Below, piece by piece: positions 20,250-30,400 of a DNA stretch of 64,000 bases. Below the pieces are notes generated by a model that was not told the DNA's origin, did no database searches, and saw only the letters and a list, made by a program, of their open reading frames with translations. Within the stretch, counting starts at the first letter, position 1. Each line of letters starts with the position of its first letter. The stretch lies in assembly GCA_031441585.1 (NCBI GenBank), contig JANMWZ010000149.1:22688-86687 (forward strand), given 5' to 3'. Position numbers and translations under genes: made by a program. This DNA comes from Gammaproteobacteria bacterium. Lineage in GTDB: Bacteria; Pseudomonadota; Gammaproteobacteria; Steroidobacterales; Steroidobacteraceae.

Positions 20250-21197
20250 CTAGGAATTTATGGCCGTGGCGGCCAGCGCCGCCTGTATTGCCGCCGGATC
20301 TTCAAGGGCCAGGCAGCGGATCTCGGGGCGGCGCTCGATGCGGCGATTGAGCGCCGTGAGCACTTTACCGGGACCACATTCCACCAGTTGCGTGGCCCCG
20401 CGCGCAATCAATGCCAGCACCGTGGCGCTCCAGCGCACGGGGCTGGCAAGCTGCCTGCCCAGCAAGGTGCGTATCTCCTCGGCATCAACATGCTCGCTGG
20501 CATCCACGGCGCTCAGGTATTTCAGGCGTGGCGCGTCAATGCTCAAGCCTGCCAGCCGACCCCGGAACTGCTCGGCCGCGCCCCGCATCAACGAAGAATG
20601 TGCCGGCACGCTCACCGGCAGGCTCATCGCCCGCTTCGCACCGCGCGCCTTCGCCGCCGCAATCGCACGTTCCACCGCAGTGGCCGTGCCCGCGATCACA
20701 ATCTGACCGGGCGCGTTGTAGTTCACGGCCTCGACGATTTCACCCTGGGCCGCCTCGAGGCAGGCCGCCTCCACTTGTGCGTCGTCGAGACCCAGCAGGG
20801 CCGCCATCGCGCCGCTCCCCACCGGGACAGCCGCTTGCATGAATCGCCCACGATCGCGTACCAGCGCCACCGCGGCAGAAAATTCCAGCGCGCCGGCACA
20901 CACCAGCGCCGTGAACTCGCCCAGGCTATGTCCTGCGACCCAGGCCGGCGACTTGCCGCCCAGCTCCTGCCACACACGCCAGGTGGCGATGCCGGCGCAC
21001 AACATCGCCGGCTGCGTGCATTCGGTGCTGTTGAGTCGCTCTACCGGGCCAGCAGCCACGAGTTGCCACAGATCGTAGCCCAGCACGCTCGAGGCTTCGG
21101 CAAAGGTACGCCGGGCGCTGGGGTGCGCGGCGGCGAGCTTGGCGAGCATGCCTATGGACTGAGAACCCTGGCCCGGAAATACCACTGCCAACGACAT
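20250..21197 (-). CDS. fabD: Malonyl-CoA-ACP transacylase
   Basis: FPGQGSQ and GHSLGE motifs. The ATG at 21197 gives MSLAVVFPGQGSQ. Confidence 0.95.
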   Translation of the reverse strand: MSLAVVFPGQGSQSIGMLAKLAAAHPSARRTFAEASSVLGYDLWQLVAAGPVERLNSTECTQPAMLCAGIATWRVWQELGGKSPAWVAGHSLGEFTALVCAGALEFSAAVALVRDRGRFMQAAVPVGSGAMAALLGLDDAQVEAACLEAAQGEIVEAVNYNAPGQIVIAGTATAVERAIAAAKARGAKRAMSLPVSVPAHSSLMRGAAEQFRGRLAGLSIDAPRLKYLSAVDASEHVDAEEIRTLLGRQLASPVRWSATVLALIARGATQLVECGPGKVLTALNRRIERRPEIRCLALEDPAAIQAALAATAINS

Positions 21198-21259
21198 GCC
21201 CGACCTGCGATGCGTCCCCAAGAGTGGTGCCGATTATAGCGGCTAGTGATGCTCGTCAG

Positions 21260-21841
21260 TTAAAGCCGCTTGCGCAGCAGGGTCAGGGCAGCCAGCGCCA
21301 GCACTGCGCCCAGCGCGCCAAAAAGATGGGCATCGACCACGACCGGAAATGAGGCCACCACCAGGCTGGCGCCAGCGTGCTGCTCCCAGGCCAGTTTGCC
21401 CGCCAGCGCGATCATCAGCAGCCATCCTGTGACTTCACGACGCCACGCGCTCAAGACAGCGCCCACCGCCCACACACCATGCAGCAACCCTGAAATGCCC
21501 ACATACCACTGCAGGCGCGGCGCCAGCCACCACAGGCCCGCATCGATTGCCGCGATTGCGCCCAGTAGCACCAGCACCCATGATTTCGGGCCCAGTGCCC
21601 GCGCGAACAGTGCCCACAGCAACACCAGGGCTGCGCCATCGAGTAGCAGATGCCGGACTCCAAGATGCACGAAGTGGGCGCTCAGCAGCCGCCACCATTG
21701 ACCGCTGTGCACGGCTACACGCTCGAAGCGCAATGCCAGCAGCCACGGTGCGCCGCCGGCAGCGAGCAGCCATAGCACCGCCAGCACCAGCAGCAGCGCC
21801 CCGCCGTAGGCCCCGTCGCAGTTGAGCGACTTTCGCTGCAA
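21260..21841 (-). CDS. rrtA: Rhombosortase (rhomboid-family intramembrane serine protease)
   Basis: QWWRLLSAHFVHLGVRHLLLDG, GISGLLHGV (Ser) and a downstream His in TM helices. About 193 aa. The TTG start at 21841 is tentative. The 363-aa ORF extension is antisense to gspG. Confidence 0.65.
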   Translation of the reverse strand: MQRKSLNCDGAYGGALLLVLAVLWLLAAGGAPWLLALRFERVAVHSGQWWRLLSAHFVHLGVRHLLLDGAALVLLWALFARALGPKSWVLVLLGAIAAIDAGLWWLAPRLQWYVGISGLLHGVWAVGAVLSAWRREVTGWLLMIALAGKLAWEQHAGASLVVASFPVVVDAHLFGALGAVLALAALTLLRKRL

Positions 21842-21898
21842 GGCCCATTTGTTATGATCGCCGCCAGTCACACAACGCCCTTTGGCCGAGGATTCATC

Positions 21899-22354
21899 AT
21901 GCAACAGTGTACCGCTGCGCGCGCTCGCACAGGTGAGGCCGGATTTACGCTCATCGAGATCATGGTGGTGGTGATTATCATCGGCTTGCTGGCCGCCGTG
22001 GTGGTACCCCAGTTTCTGGGTCGTGTCGATGACGCGCGCGTCGCCAAGGCCAAGCAGGATATCCAGGCCATGCAGACCGCGCTGACCATGTTCAAGCTCG
22101 ATAACTATGTCTACCCGACAACGGAGATGGGTATCAAGGCCCTGGCCCAGAAGCCCGATGCCAGCACCATCAAGAACTGGCGCAGTGGCGGCTACCTGCA
22201 GAAGGTCAATAAAGACCCCTGGAAGAATGACTACGTTTACGTGAGCCCGGGCACCCACGGTGGCGACTACGATGTGTATTCCATGGGCGCCGACGGCCAG
22301 GTGGGTGGCGAAGGCATCAGCGCCGATATCGGCAACTGGAATCTGGACCAATAG
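21899..22354 (+). CDS. gspG: Type II secretion major pseudopilin GspG
   Basis: Prepilin site G/FTLIEIMVVVIIIGLLAA. C-terminal DPWKNDYVY...GADGQ is the GspG signature. Confidence 0.9.
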   Translation: MQQCTAARARTGEAGFTLIEIMVVVIIIGLLAAVVVPQFLGRVDDARVAKAKQDIQAMQTALTMFKLDNYVYPTTEMGIKALAQKPDASTIKNWRSGGYLQKVNKDPWKNDYVYVSPGTHGGDYDVYSMGADGQVGGEGISADIGNWNLDQ

Positions 22355-22362
22355 GCACCGCG

Positions 22363-22926
22363 GTGCGCGGCCGCGGCTTTACCCTGATCGAGTTGATGGT
22401 GGTCATGGTCATCATCGGCCTGGTGGCGGCCGGCGCCCTGCTCTCACTGGGTGGCACGGGGCGTGACAGCCAGCTGGAACGCGAACGCGACCGACTCACG
22501 GCCCTGATTGACTACGTGCGCGAGCGTGCCGCCCTGCAAAGCGTTGAGTACGGATTGCGCTGCCAGCACGATGGCTATCAGTTTGTCATGTACGACACGC
22601 GCACCTCGCTGTGGTCGGAAGATCCGCTCGATGAATCACTGCGGGCGCGAGCCTTGCCGGCCGGCCTGGCGCTGCAGTTGAGCATAGAAAAAAAGGCCAT
22701 CGTGCTGCCACGGCGTAGCGCGCCCATGAACACGCAAGGCAAAAAGAGCAGCGGCAAGCGCACTGCCGACCGGGATCTGACGCCGCAGGTCATGCTCTAT
22801 TCAAACGGTGATCTCAGCGCCTTCAAGCTGAGCCTCGAGCGCACCGGCACCGGGCGCAGTGCGGCGATCAGCAGTACCAACGCCGGCAAGGTGGAAAGCG
22901 GTGCGATCCTCGAGACTCCGCCATGA
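22363..22926 (+). CDS. gspH: Type II secretion minor pseudopilin GspH
   Basis: GFTLIELMVVMVIIGL N-terminus and gene order. Confidence 0.8.
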   Translation: MRGRGFTLIELMVVMVIIGLVAAGALLSLGGTGRDSQLERERDRLTALIDYVRERAALQSVEYGLRCQHDGYQFVMYDTRTSLWSEDPLDESLRARALPAGLALQLSIEKKAIVLPRRSAPMNTQGKKSSGKRTADRDLTPQVMLYSNGDLSAFKLSLERTGTGRSAAISSTNAGKVESGAILETPP

Positions 22927-23402
22927 GGGCCGCTGGCCACCGCGCGCTACGCGGCTTCACATTGATCGAGGTGCTGGTGGCACTGATGATTGTCGCGCTT
23001 GGTATGGGCGCGGTGCTGTCCTCATTGAGTTCAGCGGCTGACAGCACCATTCGGCTCCGGGAAAAAACCTTCGCCGCGTGGGTGGGCTTCAACCAGTTGG
23101 CCGAAACCCGTTTGCAAGTGTCGCTGCCGGCCAACGGCAAGACCGAAGGCGATGTCAGCCTTGCCAATGCGCGCTGGCATTGGCAGCAACAGGTCGAGGA
23201 TACGGAGGTAACGGGCATCAAGCGCATCACTATCCAGGTTCGCTACGCCGATGCAACCGGCTCCACCGCCACGGACAGCAACGCTGTGCGCACTGTCACC
23301 GAGCGCGGCAGCACGCCGCCAGGCGACTGGCTGGCGACCGTGGTGGGCTTTCGCGGCGATGCCCTGCACACGCCACAATCCGTGCTTGCCAACTGGCCAT
23401 GA
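22923..23402 (+). CDS. gspI: Type II secretion minor pseudopilin GspI
   Basis: GFTLIEVLVALMIVALG N-terminus and gene order. Confidence 0.85.
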   Translation: MRAAGHRALRGFTLIEVLVALMIVALGMGAVLSSLSSAADSTIRLREKTFAAWVGFNQLAETRLQVSLPANGKTEGDVSLANARWHWQQQVEDTEVTGIKRITIQVRYADATGSTATDSNAVRTVTERGSTPPGDWLATVVGFRGDALHTPQSVLANWP

Positions 23403-24073
23403 AGCGCCGCGGTTTCACGCTGGTCGAGCTGCTGGTGGCGCTGTTCATCACCGCGATCATGTTTTCGATGGGTTACAGCGCCCTGTCGCAGGCACTGATC
23501 AACCGCAAGCAGCTCGATGAACAGGCCACACGATTAAGTAACGTGCAGCAGGCCTTGCGCATCATGGAGCAGGACTTCGAACTGCTCCAACCACGACCGG
23601 TACGCGACCTCTCGGGCAGCGGCTACCAGAACCCCCTGGTGCTCAACCAGAGCCTGTCTGCTGGCACCAGCGCACCAGGCAACGGCGCGTCTTCCGGTAG
23701 CGCTACGCAGCAGGGACTGGCCTACATCAGTTTTACACGGGGCGGCTGGGCGAACCCAGCAGGGCTGCCGCGCAGTGAACTGCAGCGCGTCAGCTATCTG
23801 GTTCGTGATGGCAAGCTGATACGCCAGCACCTGCCTGAGCTCGACACCACTGGCGCGGTACCGGTTGAGGAACGCGAACTGCTCGACCAGGTCGAAGCGC
23901 TGAACTTCCAGTTCATGGACGACAGCCTGAGCTGGCAGGCTCGCTGGCCCACGCCGATTGGCGCCAACAGCCCGCCGCACGATCTGCTGCGTGCCCGGCC
24001 AGTGGCGGTTGAGATCATTCTGAAACTCAAGGACTGGGGCACACTGGTGCGCAAGATTGAGGTGGCAGGATGA
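23399..24073 (+). CDS. gspJ: Type II secretion minor pseudopilin GspJ
   Basis: MKRRGFTLVELLVALFI. The ATG overlaps the gspI stop. Confidence 0.85.
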   Translation: MKRRGFTLVELLVALFITAIMFSMGYSALSQALINRKQLDEQATRLSNVQQALRIMEQDFELLQPRPVRDLSGSGYQNPLVLNQSLSAGTSAPGNGASSGSATQQGLAYISFTRGGWANPAGLPRSELQRVSYLVRDGKLIRQHLPELDTTGAVPVEERELLDQVEALNFQFMDDSLSWQARWPTPIGANSPPHDLLRARPVAVEIILKLKDWGTLVRKIEVAG

Positions 24074-25035
24074 AGTCGCGGCGTTCACAGCGCGGCATCG
24101 CCTTGCTGACCGCCATCATCCTGGTGGCGATCGCCACTATTATCGCCGCAGCCGTCAGCTGGCAAAGCGCCCTGCACGCACGCCGCGGCATCGCCGTGTT
24201 CACCATGGCGCAGAGCCTGGCGTTCTCGCAACTCGCCGAGGCGTATGCAGGATTCATCTTGCGCCAGAACCGCGCAAAGTTTCCGCACGATACCAATCCG
24301 ACGCAGGACTGGGCCAAACCTTACGGCCCGACAGAGCTCGACGCTGGCACGGTACTGGAGGGCTCGATCGAAGATCAGGCGGGAAAATTCAACCTCAACA
24401 GCCTTGTCAATCAGCCCAAACCGGGTGGGCCACTGGTAGTCAACAATGCTGCCGTGAGCGAGTTCAAAGTGTTGCTGGAGAGTCTGGATATCGATGTCAA
24501 ATACGTCGCGCGCCTGATCGACTGGCTCGACACCGATGATCAGCCAACCTCGCCTGGCGGCGCCGAAGACAGCTACTACCTGGCGCAAGAGCCGCCGTAC
24601 CGCACGCTCAACATGTCGCTGACCAGCATCTCTGAGCTGCTCGCCATGGGGATGGACCGGGCCAGTTACGACAAGCTCAAAAATCTGGTGACCGCGTTGC
24701 CACCGGACACCAAGCTGAATCTGTGTACGGCGCCGGGCGAGGTTCTTGATGCCTTGGCTGGGCAGAGCAGCTATGCGCTGAACCCACAACAGCTGACTCA
24801 GCAGCGCCAACAGTTCAGTTGCTTTCCGGACGTCAAGACGTTCATGAATGGCCTGAGCAGCTTAACCCCGGCGCTCAAACAGGCGTTGCAGGCACAGGTG
24901 GACGTCACTTCAAACTATTTCCGCCTGCGCACCTGGATCACTATTGGCACTACCCGCTTCACCTTGTACAGTCTGATCGAACAGGATCGGAGCGGGCAGA
25001 TTCGCCCCATCCTCAGAACCTTCGGTACGGAATAA
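24070..25035 (+). CDS. gspK: Type II secretion minor pseudopilin GspK
   Basis: QRGIALLTAIILVAIA N-terminus, GKFNLNSL and SISELL motifs. Confidence 0.85.
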   Translation: MKSRRSQRGIALLTAIILVAIATIIAAAVSWQSALHARRGIAVFTMAQSLAFSQLAEAYAGFILRQNRAKFPHDTNPTQDWAKPYGPTELDAGTVLEGSIEDQAGKFNLNSLVNQPKPGGPLVVNNAAVSEFKVLLESLDIDVKYVARLIDWLDTDDQPTSPGGAEDSYYLAQEPPYRTLNMSLTSISELLAMGMDRASYDKLKNLVTALPPDTKLNLCTAPGEVLDALAGQSSYALNPQQLTQQRQQFSCFPDVKTFMNGLSSLTPALKQALQAQVDVTSNYFRLRTWITIGTTRFTLYSLIEQDRSGQIRPILRTFGTE

Positions 25036-25037
25036 TC

Positions 25038-26273
25038 ATGGCGGACTGGCTGGTACTGCGCCTGGCGCGCAGCAACGACGGCGAGGCGAGCTGGCTGCTG
25101 GCCGACGGCGATGGCCGAGCATTGTCCGCTGTTCAGTCCGGCGCCCTGTCGGCCGCTGCCACCGCCGCCCTGGGCCGGCGCGTGGCGGTGCTGGTTCCGG
25201 CCAGCGAGGCGCTGTGTACCACGGTAGAGCTGCCGCAGACCAGCGCGGCACGCGCGCCGCAGGTCGTGGCCTACGCGCTTGAGGAGCAACTGGTCGCCGA
25301 TGTGGACTCGCAGCACTTTGCGATCGGGCCTGGCGCAGATGCCGCGCGCACACCGGTCACCGTGATTGCCCGCACCACCATGGATGCCTGGCTCACGCAA
25401 CTGAGCGCCGCCCATCTGCACCCCGATCTGCTGGTGGTCGATGCGGCATTGCTGCCGCGCTTCACCGGCTACGCCGTCGCCCTGCTTGAAGGCGAGCTGC
25501 TGAGCATCAGCGACGCGGCTGGCAATTCAACCGCCCTGAGCGCACCTCCCGGTGGCTTCGATGCCGCGCTGGCAGTCGCACTGGGTGAGCTGGCGGCCAC
25601 GACCGCCATGCTCTTCCACACTACCGCGCTGGATTGGCAACGTCGTTCCGCTGAAATAGAAGCGGCGCGAGGGCAGCTTGCCAGCCTCAAGGTTCAGCTG
25701 CTCAGCGCTGGCGTGCTCCCATGGTTGGCGGCGCAATTGCACACCGCGACGCCCGTCAACCTGTTACAGGGCGCCTATGCACGCCGCAGTACGCCAGCGG
25801 CCCATTGGCAACGCTGGCGTCTGGCCGCAGTGCTGGCGGGCGCATTGCTGTTGGTTCATGTGGGCGCCCAGGCGTATCGCCTGTGGAGCCTGACCCATAC
25901 TGAGCGCGAGTTGGACGCCGCTACGGCGCAATTGCTCGGTCCCGCGCTGAATGCTGCGGGTGGCAGCGGTTCTGTGCGACAGCGCCTGGAGCGCGCGTTA
26001 GTTGGCGCGCAGGCAGCAGGCGATGCCTCCGGTTTGCTGCCAGCCATGCAGGTGCTCGCGCAAGCGATGAGCTCGGTGCCGGGTGCGCGCATCGAAGCGC
26101 TCACTTTTCAGGATGGCGCGCTGCAACTGAAACTGCACACCGCCGATGCGCAAAGCCTGGAGCGCATCAATCAGTCCTTGCGCACTGCCGGCTGGAAGTC
26201 GGAGTTCGTATCAGGCAGCGCCGCGGGCGATGCCTATGAAGGCAGTTTGCAAGTACGCGGCAGGAATTCCTGA
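25038..26273 (+). CDS. gspL: Type II secretion protein GspL
   Basis: MADWLVLRL... N-terminal cytoplasmic domain, a mid TM segment, and gene order. The ORF-track extension overlaps gspK. Confidence 0.8.
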   Translation: MADWLVLRLARSNDGEASWLLADGDGRALSAVQSGALSAAATAALGRRVAVLVPASEALCTTVELPQTSAARAPQVVAYALEEQLVADVDSQHFAIGPGADAARTPVTVIARTTMDAWLTQLSAAHLHPDLLVVDAALLPRFTGYAVALLEGELLSISDAAGNSTALSAPPGGFDAALAVALGELAATTAMLFHTTALDWQRRSAEIEAARGQLASLKVQLLSAGVLPWLAAQLHTATPVNLLQGAYARRSTPAAHWQRWRLAAVLAGALLLVHVGAQAYRLWSLTHTERELDAATAQLLGPALNAAGGSGSVRQRLERALVGAQAAGDASGLLPAMQVLAQAMSSVPGARIEALTFQDGALQLKLHTADAQSLERINQSLRTAGWKSEFVSGSAAGDAYEGSLQVRGRNS

Positions 26274-26755
26274 TGATCGCCCTGCACACCTGGTTCGACA
26301 GCCTGTTGCCACGCGAGCAGCGCATCGTGCTGGGCGGCGCAATTCTGGCGGCGTGTCTGTTGCTGTTCGTGACGCTGTTGCCGCTGGAGAAGAAAGTGTC
26401 GGCCGCGCAGCAGCGCGTCACCACCAAACAGAGTGATCTGGCCTGGATGCGTTCAATGGCGCCGCGTCTGGCGACGCTGCGCGGTACGACGCCCCACAGT
26501 GATAGCGAATCGCTGGTGGTGCTCGCCGATCGTGTGGCACGCGACAATGGAATCGCCCGCTCGCTGAGCGGCAGCCAACCCGGCGGCGATGGCACCTTGA
26601 GCGTGCGCCTGGAACAGGTCGGCTTCGACGCGCTCACCGCCTGGGCGGGCGCGCTGTTGCAACAGCACGGGGTGCGCGTGGTATCGGCGAGCATTGAACA
26701 TACCGCCACCGCTGGCGTGGTCAGCGCGACCATCACGCTGCGCGCCGCTCCGTAG
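26273..26755 (+). CDS. gspM: Type II secretion protein GspM
   Basis: 160 aa, single N-terminal TM segment, W..L..REQR start typical of GspM, and gene order. Confidence 0.75.
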   Translation: MIALHTWFDSLLPREQRIVLGGAILAACLLLFVTLLPLEKKVSAAQQRVTTKQSDLAWMRSMAPRLATLRGTTPHSDSESLVVLADRVARDNGIARSLSGSQPGGDGTLSVRLEQVGFDALTAWAGALLQQHGVRVVSASIEHTATAGVVSATITLRAAP

Positions 26756-27490
26756 ATGCGCTACAAATGGTGGCTGGCAGCGCTGCTGCTGTTTGCGCTC
26801 ACGGTCGTGTCGCGGCTCCCCGCCCGCTGGGCGCTGCTCGCGGCCCCTGCCAGCGTCAGCTGTGAGGAACCGGCAGGCTCGCTCTGGCAGGGCCGCTGCG
26901 CGCGCCTGCGGGTGAGCGGCATAAGCATCGGGCCGGTCAGCTGGACGCTTCATCCACTGCCACTGCTGCTGGCCCGTGCCGAGGTAGAGCTCACCAGCGC
27001 TGATGCACACCTGCCCGGGAGCGCCCAGCTCACAGTGCGTAGCGGCGGCCGCCTCGAAACCCACGCGCTGCGCGCCAGCGTGCCGCTCAACACCGATCTG
27101 CTGCCGCTGTTTCCCAACGGCTGGAGCGGCCGCCTGGAGCTGGACTTGAGCACGCTGACGCTCGAGGCAGGGCACATTACGGCGCTCCAGGGCATCGTCA
27201 ACGCCGACGCCCTGAAACAGCTTAGCCCCGCCATGCCCTTTGGCAGTTATCAATTGCGCTTCGCAGACAGCGCCGCAAAGGAGGGTTTGATTGTCGGCGA
27301 GCTGCGCGACCGCGGCGGACCGCTGGCCGTGACGGGAACTCTGCAACTGCGTACTTCAGGCGACTACGAGCTGAATGGTACCGCGCTCGCACGCAGCGAT
27401 GCCACGCCGGAGCTGGTTAAAGCAGTGGAGTTCCTGGGCGCAGCCGACGCGCAGGGCCGGCGGCCGTTCTCGCTGACCGGAACGTACTGA
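26756..27490 (+). CDS. gspN: Type II secretion protein GspN
   Basis: 244 aa, N-terminal TM segment followed by LPARWAL. Follows gspM. Confidence 0.7.
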   Translation: MRYKWWLAALLLFALTVVSRLPARWALLAAPASVSCEEPAGSLWQGRCARLRVSGISIGPVSWTLHPLPLLLARAEVELTSADAHLPGSAQLTVRSGGRLETHALRASVPLNTDLLPLFPNGWSGRLELDLSTLTLEAGHITALQGIVNADALKQLSPAMPFGSYQLRFADSAAKEGLIVGELRDRGGPLAVTGTLQLRTSGDYELNGTALARSDATPELVKAVEFLGAADAQGRRPFSLTGTY

Positions 27491-27497
27491 GCTCGCC

Positions 27498-30400
27498 TCA
27501 TTGGCCCAGTTCAATCTCGCGAAACTCCCCCAGCAGCGGAAAATAAAGCGCCGCGCGCAAACGCCCCGCCCCACTCTGCCCGGCCAACTCGGCATAACGC
27601 TGTAACTGCGGGCGATAGCGCTGCACCTCCGCTGCGAGAAACCCGTCGAGGTCGCCGCCCTGGTGAGTGCTGGTCTTGTAATCGACGATCCAGCGATCGC
27701 CGTGCTCATCGACGATCAGCCGATCGATGATGATATTGATCACCCGGCCCTCGTGCCTGCCGGTCAGGCGCAGCTCACTGTGCGCCTCGCGGGCGCCGTG
27801 CAGCAACCAACGCCCACGTTCATCGTTGAGCGTGCGAGCCAGGGCATTGACGATGCGATCACGAGCGGCAGCGCGTTCAGGCCTGGCAACGCCCAGCTCC
27901 GCCAACCAGACCAGGTAGTCGTCGCCGGCACCCTCCGGTTGTGCGGGTAAAACCGCCAGCCCAGCGAGGCGCTGCAGCTCCGCGTGCACAATGGTGCCCA
28001 CGGCACGCGCGGCGAGACCGACCCAGCTGTATTCCGGTATGGCGCCCGGTTCTCGCAGTGACAGATCAAGTTGCCTGACGCGCACCGCCGCGGGCAGGCC
28101 TGTGGGCCGCCAGTCTGCCGAGAGGCGCTGCGCATGAGCCGAGGGCGGCGTGAGCGTTGCTGGCGTGAGCGTTGCTGATGATGCGGACGCAGGCCCGGAC
28201 TCCGCCGGGTCGGATTTGACACTCGCCGCCGCGAGCTGCGCGGCAAATTGCGCACCAATGACTGGCCAGAGCAGTGCCAGTGCGCTCCCGCCGCGCGGCC
28301 GCAGCTCGCCTTTCGCATCGGGCATTGCGGCCCCCAGCCAGTGCAGCTCCTGCTTCGCACGGGTAGCGGCGACGTACAGCAAACGGGCGCGTTCAAGCCG
28401 CAGCCGCTGCGAGCGCACGTGGCGAATATACGCTGCCACTGAGCGCTCCCTGGGCTGCGCGGCGTCATTGATGGGCGCCAGTAACAATTCTGTGCCACCA
28501 CCTGGGGCGGGTAACTCCAGCCAATGCAACAGCGGATCACGATCAGAATTTGCGGCACGAGCGAGACCTGGCACGATCAGCACATCCCACTCGAGCCCCT
28601 TGGCGCCGTGCAGCGTCAGAATTTCCACTGCGCCGGGCGCCGCTGGCGCACTCGCGTACAGGGCTGCGGCGAAGTGATCGAAGGCGTCGCCGGCCAACCA
28701 CTCGGCATCGCGTTGCTGACTCAGGGATTGCAGAAACGCCTGCGCATCCGCCAGATCGCGCTCCTCCCTACAGGCGGCCGGGCCGCCGAGCCGCAACCAG
28801 GCATGATCGACACGCTGCCACAGCGGCAGGCTGCGCTCCGCACCTGCCAACACCGGCACCAGCGCAGCACGCACCCGCGCCAACCGCGCGCGCGCCTGAG
28901 GTTCCAGCCGCAGCGTGTGTGTTTCACTGCTCATAAGCTCCAGCACCGACTCCGGCTGGTCCTCACACAGTTGTTGCAGTTCGCTTAAGCTGAGCCCGCA
29001 GCAGGGGCCGTGCAGCAGCGCCAGCCAGGCGGTGCGATCGGCGGGATGTTGCAGGGCGCGCGCCAGTGCGCACAGGTCGCGCACCACGGGGCGTTCGCGC
29101 AGCGCTTCGAGCTTGACGCCGCGCACCGCGATGCCTGCGCTTTGCAACGCCGCGGCGATCGGCGCCGCGTGCCGGCGCGCCGCAACCAGCACGGCCACCG
29201 TGGCATCTGCCTGGCGCTCGCGCGCTGCGCGCACGATCTGCACAATGCGCGCGGCCTCCAGATGCGCGTCGTTGCTGCCGAAGGCATGCAGGCTGACAAA
29301 ACCGTGCCGATCGGTGATGGCGCTGAGCGCCGGCAGGTAGCGGATGGCCGCCAGACGCGGATCATCAGCCACCGGAAAGATTGCCGCGCAGTGCTCGTTC
29401 ACCCAGGCGATGACTTCTGGCGCCGAACGAAAGTTGCGCCGTAACTGCAACATGCCCAGCGCCAGCGCACCGATGCCCTGGTCGCGGGCACGCAGGAACA
29501 GCCCGACCTCGGCCTCGCGAAACTGATAGATCGATTGCATGGGATCGCCGACCGCAAACAGCGTGCACCCATCACCCGCTTCCCAACCCGCGATCAGCGC
29601 CCGCAGCAGTTCAAACTGCTCGAACGAGGTGTCCTGAAATTCATCGATCAGCAGATGTCGGATGCCAGCCCCACAGCGCAGCGCCAGATCGGTGGGCGCA
29701 CCGTTCTCGGTCAGCGCACTGCGCGCCGCCGCCGCCACGGCCGCAAAGTCGACCTGACCCTGCTGGGCAAATTCAAGCTGCAGCTCGGCGGCCGCGTGTC
29801 GCAGCAGCGCCGAGAGCGCCGCGAGCGCCGCCGCATCCTCAGGCGGAATCGTCGGCTCCGGTAGTGCCAGCAGCTCAATCAATAATTCCTGAACTCCAGC
29901 GACCTCGGCAAGCGCTGCAACCCAACCCTGCAATCCGGGCTTCAGGCGCTTATCTTCAGTTGCAATGCCCTGCTTTTTAGTCCAGCTGCGCCGCCACTGA
30001 CCCTCTTTGGTGAGGGCCAGCTCACACATGAACTGCCAATACGGCAAATGCTGGCAGTCAACGCCCAGTGTCGCGGCCGCCGATTCCCAGTCTGGTAGCC
30101 GGGCGTTTGGGTCGCCGGCCGCCAGCAGCTTGGCGGCGGCGTGCTGTGAAAATTCAGCGCCCTGAACTCGCAGGGCGCCGGGTATCAGTGCCACGGCCTG
30201 CCGCAGCTGGTCGTGAATCAGGTTACGCAGGCTCTCGCTCACCCGTGCCGCGAGATCCGGTTGATCAACTCCCAGAACCCGCGGCAGCCAGTGGGCGCGC
30301 TCTTCCAGCATCTCTGCCAGCAGCGCTTCGAGCCGCTGCCAGTTGTTGTCAAGCCGCGCGAACAGCAGCTGCGCAGGCTCGCGCAATTCTTCCTCGATGA

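Noticed and set aside
21260-22351. 363-aa ORF extending the rhombosortase gene across gspG
   Set aside because: The N-terminal 170 aa are antisense to the clearly real gspG and show no TM or rhomboid features. Rhombosortases are about 190-200 aa.
23078-25037. Long N-terminal extensions of the gspJ (from 23078) and gspL (from 24819) ORFs
   Set aside because: The extensions overlap gspI and gspK in other frames. The prepilin-type N-terminus MKRRGFTLVELL (23399) and the MADWLVLRL start (25038), with stop/start coupling, define the real starts. The same logic applies to these ORF-track starts: leuC (47919), etfB (34780), frmA (51812), peroxiredoxin (37216), fabD (21221), pabC (16500) and addA (30932).
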